A stretch of 64,000 nucleotides of DNA from Alphaproteobacteria bacterium. Lineage in GTDB: Bacteria > Pseudomonadota > Alphaproteobacteria > Rickettsiales > SXRF01. Positions within the stretch are counted from its first letter, which is position 1; each line of letters begins with the position of its first letter. This document shows positions 51,855-60,826 of the stretch, one piece after another. Both the position numbers and the translations under genes were made by a program. Below the pieces are notes generated by a model. That model ran no database searches. It saw only the letters and a list, made by a program, of their open reading frames with translations, and was not told the DNA's origin. The stretch covers positions 18,523 to 82,522 of the forward strand of contig JBDHUC010000003.1 of NCBI GenBank assembly GCA_039808985.1, in the 5' to 3' direction.

Positions 51855-51931
51855 GCACCCGTAGCTCAGTTGGATAGAGCGTTGCCCTCCGAAGGCAAAG
51901 GTCGGACGTTCGAATCGTCTCGGGTGCGCCA
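51855..51931 (+). tRNA. tRNA-Arg (anticodon CCG)
   Basis: The cloverleaf folds by hand. The acceptor stem is GCACCCG/CGGGTGC and the D stem is GCTC/GAGC. The anticodon stem TTGCC/GGCAA has loop CTCCGAA. The T arm is GGACG-TTCGAAT-CGTCT, and the 3' CCA is encoded. Confidence 0.93.
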
Positions 51932-52040
51932 TATTTCATTATAATACAACAACATAAAGTTTTCGACCACTGCTTTTTCCATGTATAAAACAGGTGCTAT
52001 TGCCCTATATACATATAAGCAGCATATGTTATAATGAAAC

Positions 52041-52313
52041 ATGAAGCTGAAAATAAAAAACTGTATCCATCTTTTATATATTGTACCTCTATTATGTAAC
52101 TTTGCTGCCAATGCAGCGCAAATGCGAACTTCCATACCGGTATCAGTTTATGTACTGCCAACATATAGAAGCGGCATAAAACCTGACAAAAAAATCGCTA
52201 TAAAGAAGAGCAACCTTCCCCAGCCGACGGCAAAAACCAGGAAAATAAATAATAAGCCATATGTATTCGACAGGCCATCCAGCGAGCCGCCACAAATTTC
52301 CGTTATAAGATAA
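52041..52313 (+). CDS. small hypothetical secreted protein upstream of the pilus operon
   Basis: 90 aa with the signal-like N-terminus 'LLYIVPLLCNFAANAAQ'. No other support. Confidence 0.3.
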   Translation: MKLKIKNCIHLLYIVPLLCNFAANAAQMRTSIPVSVYVLPTYRSGIKPDKKIAIKKSNLPQPTAKTRKINNKPYVFDRPSSEPPQISVIR

Positions 52314-52433
52314 AAATAGGGATTTGGCTCCCTTTTCTGTAGCAAATTGATACAACCTGTGAATTCAAAAATAATTTAATATTAAATTAATGGTTTTATA
52401 TTAGCCTGATGTCTTATCTTAAGGAGAAGGCCC

Positions 52434-52958
52434 ATGCTATTGCTTATGCGTTACTATTTTAAATCCATCCGCAGCTTTATTGCGTTTGCATTTTTTATTC
52501 CCATTATATTCATGCCGCTGCCGGTGCTTGCTGTACAGGCCACCGGATTGCTTTCCGTTTCCGCTACGGTTCTTTCAGTATGCGGTGTCACGGCAACGCC
52601 ACTGGCATTTGGGAATTATTCAGCAACAAATTCCTTACCGACTGATGCAACAGCCATCGTAACCGCCCTGTGCACTGCCGGTGTTTCTTATACCCTGGCA
52701 ATGGATGGCGGCCTTGGGTCAGGGGGAACGGTCACTAACCGTGTCCTGACGAATGGGCTTAATACGCTAAACTATACTGTTTATAGCAACGCCGGACGTA
52801 CCACCATCTGGGGTGACGGAAGCAACTCAACATCAACAGTAAGCGGAACTGCCGGGCTTCTGCCACAAAGCTATGCCGCTTACGGGCGAATACCGGCAGG
52901 ACAGCAATCTGCCGCCGGTGTGTATCTTGATGCCATCACTGTAACCCTGACCTATTAA
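52434..52958 (+). CDS. Spore-coat-U (SCPU)/CsuA-B-type pilin subunit
   Basis: A signal peptide is followed by 'LSVSATVLSVCGVTATPLAFGNY', 'YTVYSNAGRTTIWGDG' and the C-terminal 'AGVYLDAITVTLTY', which are hallmarks of SCPU-domain pilins. Confidence 0.85.
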   Translation: MLLLMRYYFKSIRSFIAFAFFIPIIFMPLPVLAVQATGLLSVSATVLSVCGVTATPLAFGNYSATNSLPTDATAIVTALCTAGVSYTLAMDGGLGSGGTVTNRVLTNGLNTLNYTVYSNAGRTTIWGDGSNSTSTVSGTAGLLPQSYAAYGRIPAGQQSAAGVYLDAITVTLTY

Positions 52959-52967
52959 GGACAGTCA

Positions 52968-53699
52968 ATGCAGAATTCGATTATAATGTTTTTACGGATT
53001 ATGATCAGAATACTTCCTGCGTTTACTGCTCATCAGGCATTAGCTGGAACATTTGAAGTAGCCCCCACTACGATTTCCCTGTCGCCGGAAATGCAAAATG
53101 GGGTTTTATATATAACCAACCGTGGCAATGATCCGGTTTACATACAAACAGAAGCGTTTGACTGGAAACAAACGCAAAAAGGCGATGAGCTTACACCAAG
53201 CGAAATGCTGCAGGTAAATCCACCAATGGCCGAACTTAAGCCAGGGCGCAAGCAAACCATTCGCCTTGCTGTAGCCAGGGATAGCGCTATTGAGAATAAA
53301 GAACGCGCTTTCCGTCTGCTTGCAAGCGAATTACCAAGCACCACCATTACAAACAATGAAGCTGTAAATGTACTCCTGCAATTCAGCGTTCCGCTATTTG
53401 TCGCGCCGCTTAAGAAAAACCCTGTGGCACTGGAATGGGGAATTGAAAATAATGACGGCAACATGATGCTCTCTGCCAGAAATGATGGAAACAGCCATGT
53501 CAAGCTTTCTGCGGTTAAAATCCAGGCTCCAGGTGGCAATGAGCTGGATGTTTCCAAAAAAACCATCAAATATATTCTTGCAGGAAGCACTGCATATTGG
53601 AAAATTGAATTAATGCAGATAATACATGGTGAAAAATACCATATTACTGCAAAAGACGATATGGGTGGCCAACTCAGCGCCACAATAATTCCACCATAG
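52968..53699 (+). CDS. periplasmic pilus chaperone (PapD-like, CsuC-type)
   Basis: 243 aa with 'FEVAPTTISLSP...YITNRGNDPVYIQ', 'QVNPPMAELKPGRKQTIRL' and 'LQFSVPLFV'. It lies between the pilin and usher genes. Confidence 0.85.
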   Translation: MQNSIIMFLRIMIRILPAFTAHQALAGTFEVAPTTISLSPEMQNGVLYITNRGNDPVYIQTEAFDWKQTQKGDELTPSEMLQVNPPMAELKPGRKQTIRLAVARDSAIENKERAFRLLASELPSTTITNNEAVNVLLQFSVPLFVAPLKKNPVALEWGIENNDGNMMLSARNDGNSHVKLSAVKIQAPGGNELDVSKKTIKYILAGSTAYWKIELMQIIHGEKYHITAKDDMGGQLSATIIPP

Positions 53700-53701
53700 C
53701 C

Positions 53702-56005
53702 ATGCGCAGGATAATACTAATTAATATTTTATTTTTATCTGCCGCAAGTAGCGCTAATGCCCAGGAAGATTTGCGATTACTGTTGGAGCTATGGGTAAAT
53801 GACACCAACAGGCACATAGTAAGCACTGTCATACAAAGGGATGATAAATTACTGGTAAGCGCACAGGATCTAAGCCTGGCAGGCATACAAACCAGCGCTG
53901 CTGAAACCGGCAAAGACGGGATGGTAGACCTGTACCAGCTTTCTCATGTAAATATGCGTTATTCCGATGTTGAACAAAAGCTTTTGCTCAGCGTAGGCCC
54001 TAGCCGCCTCCTCCCGCAGGTTTTTGACTTGAATAGCCAGAGAGTGAAAAATAAGGCGGAAAGCGCCAGCGGATTTATAGGCCAGTATGATATTACAGGA
54101 AGCGTGGATAATTTTGACAATACAAGGGATACATCAAGCCTTGGCACAGTGCTTGGCGGCACTTTTTTTACGCCAGACGGCAATATAACTGCAAATGGCT
54201 TTACCCAGACGCAACATTCCGGCTCACGAGCCGTGCGGCTGGATACGGCTGCAGAAATAAACGATCAGGAAAAACTGCGCAAATTTGTCATTGGGGATGC
54301 AGTTTCAGGAAGCCAGGCATGGGGGCGCTCAGTACGTTTTTCCGGCCTGCAAATAGCAACTGATTTTTCCCTGAGGCCCGACCTGAATACCATGCCCCTG
54401 CCAGCTTTTTTCGGACAGACTTCAGTTCCGGCCAATGTCGATATCTTTGTTAATTCGGCGCGAGTGTTTGAAAGCGAGGTGGAGCCAGGTACTTTTCAAA
54501 TAAACAACCTACCTGTCATAACCGGCAATGGACAGGCACAGGTGGTAGTGCGCGATGTAACTGGCCGGGAGGCCACTGTGTCCCTGCCCTTCTATGCCAG
54601 CAATTCCCTGCTGCGTCCCGGCCTTGATTCCTATGATTTTGATATAGGATTCCTGCGTAAGGGATATGGCCTGCAAAGTTTTGATTATGGCGAGCTGGCC
54701 GCAAGCGGGACTTACAGCACGGGCATCAATGATAAATTAACTATGGAAGGACATGTAGAAACCAGCCAGGACGTGCAACTGATAGGAGGCGGAGGCATTC
54801 TCGCGCTTGGTTCTTACGGCATTATTCATCCGGCGCTGGCAGTAAGCCACAGCAATATTGCAGATAATAGAGAAGCAGGTGCGCTTTATTCCCTGTCTTT
54901 TGAGGCGCAGAATAATCCATTTGGGTTCTTCGGGTCTTTTGGCATAACTTCTGGAAATTATAATGATATAGCCAGTAGCGATGGAAAACCGCCGCCTGAA
55001 TTGCAAATACAGCTAAGCACTAACGTCAACCTGGCAAAAAACGGTACGCTTGGCGGATCATTCATCGCTGCCAAACAGCACGACCAGGAAATGTCTAAAA
55101 TCGTCACCGCTTCTTATAACCTGCCACTTGGCGCAGGTTATAGCATAAGCACAACCGGATTTTATGACTACACACGTGGCGAAGTAGTAGCCCAGGCATT
55201 TTTCAGCATAGCCCTTGGCAGTAACGCCGTTGGCAATGTAAGCGTGCAAAAATCCAGGGATTCATACATTCAACAGGCAAGCTATACCGACCCGGCAAAT
55301 CCCGATGGCGGATTTGGTTATCAATTATCAGCATCGACAGGCGACAGCCGCATAGGACAGGCAAATGCAACCTGGATAGGGCAAAGGGGCAACCTTGACG
55401 GTGCAATCGCTGTGCGCGATGGCGATCTCGCAACCAGGGCAAGCGCCTCGGGCGGCCTTGTTTATATAGATGATTCACTATACGCGACCAGAAGGCCTAA
55501 TGGCGCAGTGGCGCTGGTGCGTACCGGCCAGGCAGATACAAAAATATATCAGGAAAATCGCCAGGTAGCAGTAGCCAATGAAGCTGGTAATGCACTGGTT
55601 ACAGGGCTGGTGCCTTTTGCCGATAACCGAATCTCTGTTGACCCGGCTAACTATAATTTTAAAACAATAATTGACGATGCAGAAAAAACTGTAACGCCAG
55701 CACGCAGCAGCGGTGTTATTGTAGATTTCACTCCACAGGCCAACTCCCCGGCCTTGCTTATGTTACGCCTTAAAGATGATTCCCTGCCACCAGTTGGAGC
55801 ACGTGTAACCTTAAATAATAGCACAGAACCATTAATTGTAGGACGGCGCGGAGAATTATTTATTGCCAATTTAAGTGAACCAATAGAAGGAAAGATAGAG
55901 TTTTCCAACAAATCCTGCATGTTCAGAGCTACGCCTGTGCATGCGCTCAATGACACCATTCCCCATCTGGATCCGGTTTATTGCGTAAGCAAGGAAAGCC
56001 AATGA
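53702..56005 (+). CDS. outer-membrane fimbrial usher (CsuD-type)
   Basis: 767-aa beta-rich protein with a signal peptide. Position in the SCPU chaperone-usher operon supports the call. Confidence 0.85.
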   Translation: MRRIILINILFLSAASSANAQEDLRLLLELWVNDTNRHIVSTVIQRDDKLLVSAQDLSLAGIQTSAAETGKDGMVDLYQLSHVNMRYSDVEQKLLLSVGPSRLLPQVFDLNSQRVKNKAESASGFIGQYDITGSVDNFDNTRDTSSLGTVLGGTFFTPDGNITANGFTQTQHSGSRAVRLDTAAEINDQEKLRKFVIGDAVSGSQAWGRSVRFSGLQIATDFSLRPDLNTMPLPAFFGQTSVPANVDIFVNSARVFESEVEPGTFQINNLPVITGNGQAQVVVRDVTGREATVSLPFYASNSLLRPGLDSYDFDIGFLRKGYGLQSFDYGELAASGTYSTGINDKLTMEGHVETSQDVQLIGGGGILALGSYGIIHPALAVSHSNIADNREAGALYSLSFEAQNNPFGFFGSFGITSGNYNDIASSDGKPPPELQIQLSTNVNLAKNGTLGGSFIAAKQHDQEMSKIVTASYNLPLGAGYSISTTGFYDYTRGEVVAQAFFSIALGSNAVGNVSVQKSRDSYIQQASYTDPANPDGGFGYQLSASTGDSRIGQANATWIGQRGNLDGAIAVRDGDLATRASASGGLVYIDDSLYATRRPNGAVALVRTGQADTKIYQENRQVAVANEAGNALVTGLVPFADNRISVDPANYNFKTIIDDAEKTVTPARSSGVIVDFTPQANSPALLMLRLKDDSLPPVGARVTLNNSTEPLIVGRRGELFIANLSEPIEGKIEFSNKSCMFRATPVHALNDTIPHLDPVYCVSKESQ

Positions 56006-56475
56006 AAAAAAATCCCATGAAAAAATTGCTGCTTATGTTTTGTATATGGTTCAAATCTTCAGCAAGCTACGCAGCCTGTACCGCAGGATTAGTCGCAACC
56101 AGCAGCGGCGGCATAAGCTTTGGCAATTACAGCGCCAACTCCGCCAGCGATAAAACCATGAACGGTACAGTTACAGCTAACTGCACCCTGGGCGGCACAC
56201 TCCCCAGCTTCACTATCGCGCTTTCAACCGGCGGTTCTAATACATTTTTATCGCGAACAATGAATTTACTGGTTGTGAATACTCTTGATTACAATATCTA
56301 CACCACTAACGGCTACACAACAGTATGGGGTGATGGCACCAATTCAACCGTTACACAATCTTATGGCGGCGGCAGCGGTTCTGTTAATTTCACAGCCTAT
56401 GGAAAAATTCCCACCGGACAATATGTACTGCCTGGCGCTTATGGTGATTCAATCACCATAACAGTCACCTATTGA
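56002..56475 (+). CDS. second SCPU-domain pilin/tip subunit
   Basis: 'ISFGNYSA', 'YNIYTTNGYTTVWGDG' and the C-terminal 'GAYGDSITITVTY' are present. The ATG overlaps the usher TGA (ATGA). Confidence 0.82.
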   Translation: MKKNPMKKLLLMFCIWFKSSASYAACTAGLVATSSGGISFGNYSANSASDKTMNGTVTANCTLGGTLPSFTIALSTGGSNTFLSRTMNLLVVNTLDYNIYTTNGYTTVWGDGTNSTVTQSYGGGSGSVNFTAYGKIPTGQYVLPGAYGDSITITVTY

Positions 56476-56876
56476 TAGATAAAATAAACGATAAATAACA
56501 GTGCGTTACTTTGCTTTGTTAAAGCAACACATTAACACGACCCGAAATGATTTGGCTGTAAAAAATACCCAATACAGTTTCCTGATTATTGATAATGTGT
56601 GTGTGTTGCCAGAAATTATAGCAAATAATAATTTTAAAATTATTGTTTTTTGCCTCTCCGATTATGCGGAGTAAGTTCAGGATTTCAGCTTTGACTTTAA
56701 TAGTCATTATTTATGATTTTTATATAATACAAGGAAGCCTTCCGGTTAAATTTTACAACATGATTTTATGCATTTACCAGAGCGTAAATTTCATTGTAAT
56801 ATACCGGGAATTACTTTAGAAAAAAACTATTATCACAATTAATTATTATGAAAATCACTGGAAGAAAACACATAGT

Positions 56877-58841
56877 ATGGGTGCGCGGCATACTGTAAGT
56901 TTAAAAAATATTTATATAGGCATAGCCAGTATTGCCTCCGCATTCACAGAACCATCTTATGTTTTTGCTGCATCAATGTATGAAAGCAATGACAATAGAA
57001 CCAATAATTATTTTGTTATTGTTGAGCCACAAAACAATACGGTTCAGGCCACGCCAACGCCCCAAGAACCGCCAATTCCAGCACTGATTGAACCGGTGCA
57101 GGCAAATAAGGAAATAGCTCTGCCCGCTGAAAAAATACTGCCTGCGAAAGAGCCGGTAATAGCTGTAAAAACACAACCGGTAATTCCTGCACCATCCACC
57201 CAACCAGTTGCTATTTTGCAAGAGGACAGGCAGATAGTGCTTCCTGCTGACAAAATATTACCAGCAAAACCTCAACAGGAACAAAGCAAACAAATACAAG
57301 AAGAAATAAAGCCACCTGCTCAAATAAAAGGTATAGAACCAGAAGAAATATTGCTTGGAGATAGTTCTAAATTAGACAGCCATGGTTTGAATATAGCTTA
57401 TGAAAAAAAAGCAACCGCAACCAATGAAAAAACTGATGAAAGAACAGATCTAAAGCCCATAAACCGTGACTACAGCGCATTCAAGCAATTCCTTGCGCAA
57501 AGCAATGGGGTTGTTGCTCTGAATGTCAGCGAATATGCGCAGCAAGCTAATGTAGTTGAGCCGATAAGGCTTGATGAAGCCGTAGCCTTCGCAATTAAAA
57601 ATAACCTGGAAATCAAGGCAGCTAATTCGCGTACTAAATCAGCGACACTGGAAAAAATAACTGCATATTCGCGGCTGCTGCCATCACTGGATGCCAAGCT
57701 ATCACGGGGAAACGAGCAATCCATGCCTGCATCATATAACGATATGTTCGGCAACCGTGTACTTGATGACAAGCATACGCGCAAAGACAGGACATTTGCC
57801 GTTCGCCAGCCACTTATCGACCTCGAGGTAATAGCTGACATATTAACCAGCGCTGACAAAGAAGCACTGACAAAAGTCCAGGGGCAGGACGAGAGGGATG
57901 GCATCGCTTATGATACGGTAAATATTTACCTGAAGCTGGTGCAGGCAAGAATTGCGGTCCAACTTGCTGACCAGTATCACGCCCATCTCGAGGAACTGCT
58001 TAACCGTATGAAAAACCGTGTAGACAGTGGCGGCGCAACTGTCGGCGATTTAGAAAGGATAAAGGGACATGCCAGCCTTGCTGAAGTTGCGCGCGCCGAA
58101 GCGTTGGGCGAATATGAAACCAACCTTGCCGAGTTCAGGCGCTTAACCCAGATAACTCCGGCACAGCTACAGGTTTCGGAAGTCCTCGTGCCTGACGTGC
58201 CTAAATCGTTGACCGATGCTATTTCAAAAGCCCTTAAAAACAACCCGTCATATAAGGCTACAGAGATCCAGCGCGATATAGCATCTTCAACTCGCAATAG
58301 CTCGTTTTCAAAACTGGCGCCCAAAGTTTCGCTCGAATATTCGGATACATATTCGTATAACGCGGGAGGTGCTGCAAAGGGAAACCCAGTTGACGGCGTT
58401 TACCCAAACCAGCAGGACAAACGTCTTTTACTGGTTGCGCACTGGACATTAAATGGCGGAATGGAAGTGGCAGAGGGTATGACAGCTCTGGAAAAGGAAC
58501 GCGAAACCAATTTCCGTTCTCTTGATGCGCGTTCGCGGATAGAAGAAGGCGTACGGGCAAGCTATAATGCTATCAACGCCGCCAACCAAAGGGTTGCCAT
58601 ACTGCAAAAAGGGGTTGAGTCTAACGAAAAAGTTGTGCGCGAATTTGAAGACCAGTATAAAAACGGCAGCAGGTCGGTTTTTGAGTTACTGGATGCGCAT
58701 GCCCAGCTTTATGGTAACCGCGTAAACCTTATGCGCATTGAAATCGCAAGGGCTTTGGCTGCATACCAGGTGCGCAGGCAAATGGGCGACCTGCTTACGG
58801 CATTAATTGAACAGGAACATTCAGCAAAGAGGGTAGATTGA
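56877..58841 (+). CDS. TolC-family outer-membrane channel with a ~225-aa Pro-rich repeat-containing N-terminal extension
   Basis: The core from about aa 229 ('PIRLDEAVAFAIKNNLEIKAA...') has the two-repeat TolC coiled-coil/barrel pattern. The N-terminus has a signal peptide followed by the repeats 'ALPAEKILPAKEP' and 'VLPADKILPAKPQ'. Confidence 0.85.
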   Translation: MGARHTVSLKNIYIGIASIASAFTEPSYVFAASMYESNDNRTNNYFVIVEPQNNTVQATPTPQEPPIPALIEPVQANKEIALPAEKILPAKEPVIAVKTQPVIPAPSTQPVAILQEDRQIVLPADKILPAKPQQEQSKQIQEEIKPPAQIKGIEPEEILLGDSSKLDSHGLNIAYEKKATATNEKTDERTDLKPINRDYSAFKQFLAQSNGVVALNVSEYAQQANVVEPIRLDEAVAFAIKNNLEIKAANSRTKSATLEKITAYSRLLPSLDAKLSRGNEQSMPASYNDMFGNRVLDDKHTRKDRTFAVRQPLIDLEVIADILTSADKEALTKVQGQDERDGIAYDTVNIYLKLVQARIAVQLADQYHAHLEELLNRMKNRVDSGGATVGDLERIKGHASLAEVARAEALGEYETNLAEFRRLTQITPAQLQVSEVLVPDVPKSLTDAISKALKNNPSYKATEIQRDIASSTRNSSFSKLAPKVSLEYSDTYSYNAGGAAKGNPVDGVYPNQQDKRLLLVAHWTLNGGMEVAEGMTALEKERETNFRSLDARSRIEEGVRASYNAINAANQRVAILQKGVESNEKVVREFEDQYKNGSRSVFELLDAHAQLYGNRVNLMRIEIARALAAYQVRRQMGDLLTALIEQEHSAKRVD

Positions 58842-58842
58842 C

Positions 58843-59505
58843 ATGGCTGGCGGCGGAAATGGAAAAGAACAAAATTACTGGCCAGGGTTCGTGGATGTAC
58901 TAAGCAATGTGGTGCTGACACTGGTATTCGTTCTGGTAGTATTCGTTATGGCACTGGCCCTTTCGGCAAATAAGGTTGAAAAGAGGATGCAGGAAATACT
59001 TAAGGAAAAAGCGGCATCGGAGAGCACCAGCAAGCCGCAGGAAACGCAGGCGGCGGTAGAGATAAAGCATAATGAATCAGGAGCAGCCAGGAAAAACGAT
59101 ACTGTAACCAGCAGCGGCAGCGTAGAAATCGAAAACAATGATACAACCCAGCAAAGCGGCACAAAAACTATTGACGCACCTGTTGATATACGTGAGTCAT
59201 CGGGGAAGATAGTTCTGTATTATCCTCTATCTGGAGTAGCCTTGAGCGACAAAACGGCTGAAAAGCTCCAGAAAGCTTTACTTTATAACAAGGAAAATCT
59301 CAGTAAATACAAGATTATCCTGAACTCCTATCTTGGCCAGGAACAATACAGCGTTGCCAACCGACTGGCATATTACAGGGTACTGTATATTCGTAAATTC
59401 CTTATAGATAATGGGATTGCCGATAACCAATCAATAACCAGCAAGATATTACAACCAGAAAAACCCGATGTCGGGCATGTAGAAATTATTTTGGAAAAAA
59501 ATTAG
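58843..59505 (+). CDS. MotB/OmpA-like protein (single TM with conserved Asp, C-terminal OmpA-like domain)
   Basis: 'NYWPGFVDVLSNVVLTLVFVLVVF' fits the MotB/ExbD-type plug/TM pattern, with Asp18 at 58894-58896. The C-terminal 'SVANRLAYYRVLYIRKFLIDNGI' resembles the OmpA_C 'N..LS..RA..V...L' helix. Confidence 0.7.
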   Translation: MAGGGNGKEQNYWPGFVDVLSNVVLTLVFVLVVFVMALALSANKVEKRMQEILKEKAASESTSKPQETQAAVEIKHNESGAARKNDTVTSSGSVEIENNDTTQQSGTKTIDAPVDIRESSGKIVLYYPLSGVALSDKTAEKLQKALLYNKENLSKYKIILNSYLGQEQYSVANRLAYYRVLYIRKFLIDNGIADNQSITSKILQPEKPDVGHVEIILEKN

Positions 59506-59506
59506 C

Positions 59507-60826
59507 ATGCCACCTAAATTGCCTAAAATACCCGCGCACGGAATAAACCTGATAAAGGACTTAAAGATGCGCCGCAGGATGGAAGGGCTGCGCCTGTATC
59601 TGGGTATTATTGCTTCCTGTACCGTTCTTATAATTATATGGGCGTCATTTGCACAGGTGGATAAAGTGGTAAGAGTTAGTGGCAAAATAATCCCATCAGG
59701 GCGCGGCCAGGAAATACAGCATTTGGAAGGCGGGATAGTTGCATCAATACAAACTACCGAAGGAGCTGCGGTTAAGAAAGGCGACCTGCTGCTTACAATT
59801 GATGATGTTACAGCCGGTGCCAACCTTGACGAAACAAAAGTAAAGCTTAACGCCCAGCGTGCGAAGGCCATAAGGCTGGACGGAGAAGTAAAAGGAAAAG
59901 ACAAGCTGGATTTTCCGGATGATTTAAGCAATACAACTGCGGCAAAGGCCGAGCAAAGCCTGTTTTTATCACGCCGTGAAAAACTACGCCAGGAAATGCT
60001 TATCCATGAAAGCACTTTAAACCAGCAAGCCGCCAGGCTGAATGAAATAAAGACCCGGCGCAGCAAGCTTGCAGAAGAACTCAATACCGCCAACAACCGT
60101 GCAAAGCTGGTAGAGGAAATGGCGGCGCGAGGCTCGGCATCAAAGCTTGAAGTCCTTGATTCGCAGGAACGGAAGAAGCGGCTGGACACAGAGCTGAGCG
60201 ATACGGCAACCAGCATACCAACATTAGAAGCAGCAATCGGCGAAGAAAAAGCCCGTACCAAAGCTTTGCAGACTGATTTTATAAACAGCGCCCAGGGCGA
60301 CCTTGTTGCAGCAATCGCCGAGAAAGAACGGCTGGAAAAAGTACTTCTTGGTGACTCCGACCGTTATAAGCGTACCGAAATACGCGCCCCTATGGATGGG
60401 ATTATAAACCGCATAAGCGTTAATACTATTGGTGGGGTCATAAAACCCGGCGACAAACTTATTGAGCTGATACCTTATACCAACGAAGTGCTTATAGAGG
60501 CACGTGCCAGACCACAGGATCGCGGCTATTTGAAGCCAGGGCTTGACGCAACTGTGCGTATTTCCGCCTATGATGTTGGTGAACTCGGGGTTTTAAAAAG
60601 CAAGGTTGTTGAAGTAAGCGCCGACACCATGGTTGACCAGCGTGGCGAAGCCTATTACCGGGTTAACCTCCTGGTAAGCGCCATACCCGAAAGCTACAAA
60701 AACCATATGATGGTTCCTGGAATGACCGCAACTGCCGATGTAGTTACCGGTAACAGGACCGTTATGGGACTTATACTCTCGCCTATACGCAAATTCACTT
60801 ATAATATTTTCAGGGACTCAATATGA
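59507..60826 (+). CDS. HlyD-family type I secretion periplasmic adaptor (membrane fusion protein)
   Basis: 439 aa with an N-terminal TM, 'VDKVVRVSGKIIPSGRGQEIQHLEGGIV', a long coiled-coil hairpin, and 'IRAPMDGIINRISVNTIGGVIKPG', typical of TIGR01843-type adaptors. Confidence 0.88.
   Translation: MPPKLPKIPAHGINLIKDLKMRRRMEGLRLYLGIIASCTVLIIIWASFAQVDKVVRVSGKIIPSGRGQEIQHLEGGIVASIQTTEGAAVKKGDLLLTIDDVTAGANLDETKVKLNAQRAKAIRLDGEVKGKDKLDFPDDLSNTTAAKAEQSLFLSRREKLRQEMLIHESTLNQQAARLNEIKTRRSKLAEELNTANNRAKLVEEMAARGSASKLEVLDSQERKKRLDTELSDTATSIPTLEAAIGEEKARTKALQTDFINSAQGDLVAAIAEKERLEKVLLGDSDRYKRTEIRAPMDGIINRISVNTIGGVIKPGDKLIELIPYTNEVLIEARARPQDRGYLKPGLDATVRISAYDVGELGVLKSKVVEVSADTMVDQRGEAYYRVNLLVSAIPESYKNHMMVPGMTATADVVTGNRTVMGLILSPIRKFTYNIFRDSI

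Noticed and set aside
56596-56606. The (TG)5 dinucleotide run upstream of the TolC-like gene, and A8 homopolymers in the PBP1A 5' region (about 29730 and 29871), as phase-variation switches
   Set aside because: The tracts are too short for appreciable slipped-strand mispairing. The A-runs simply encode Lys-rich tails.
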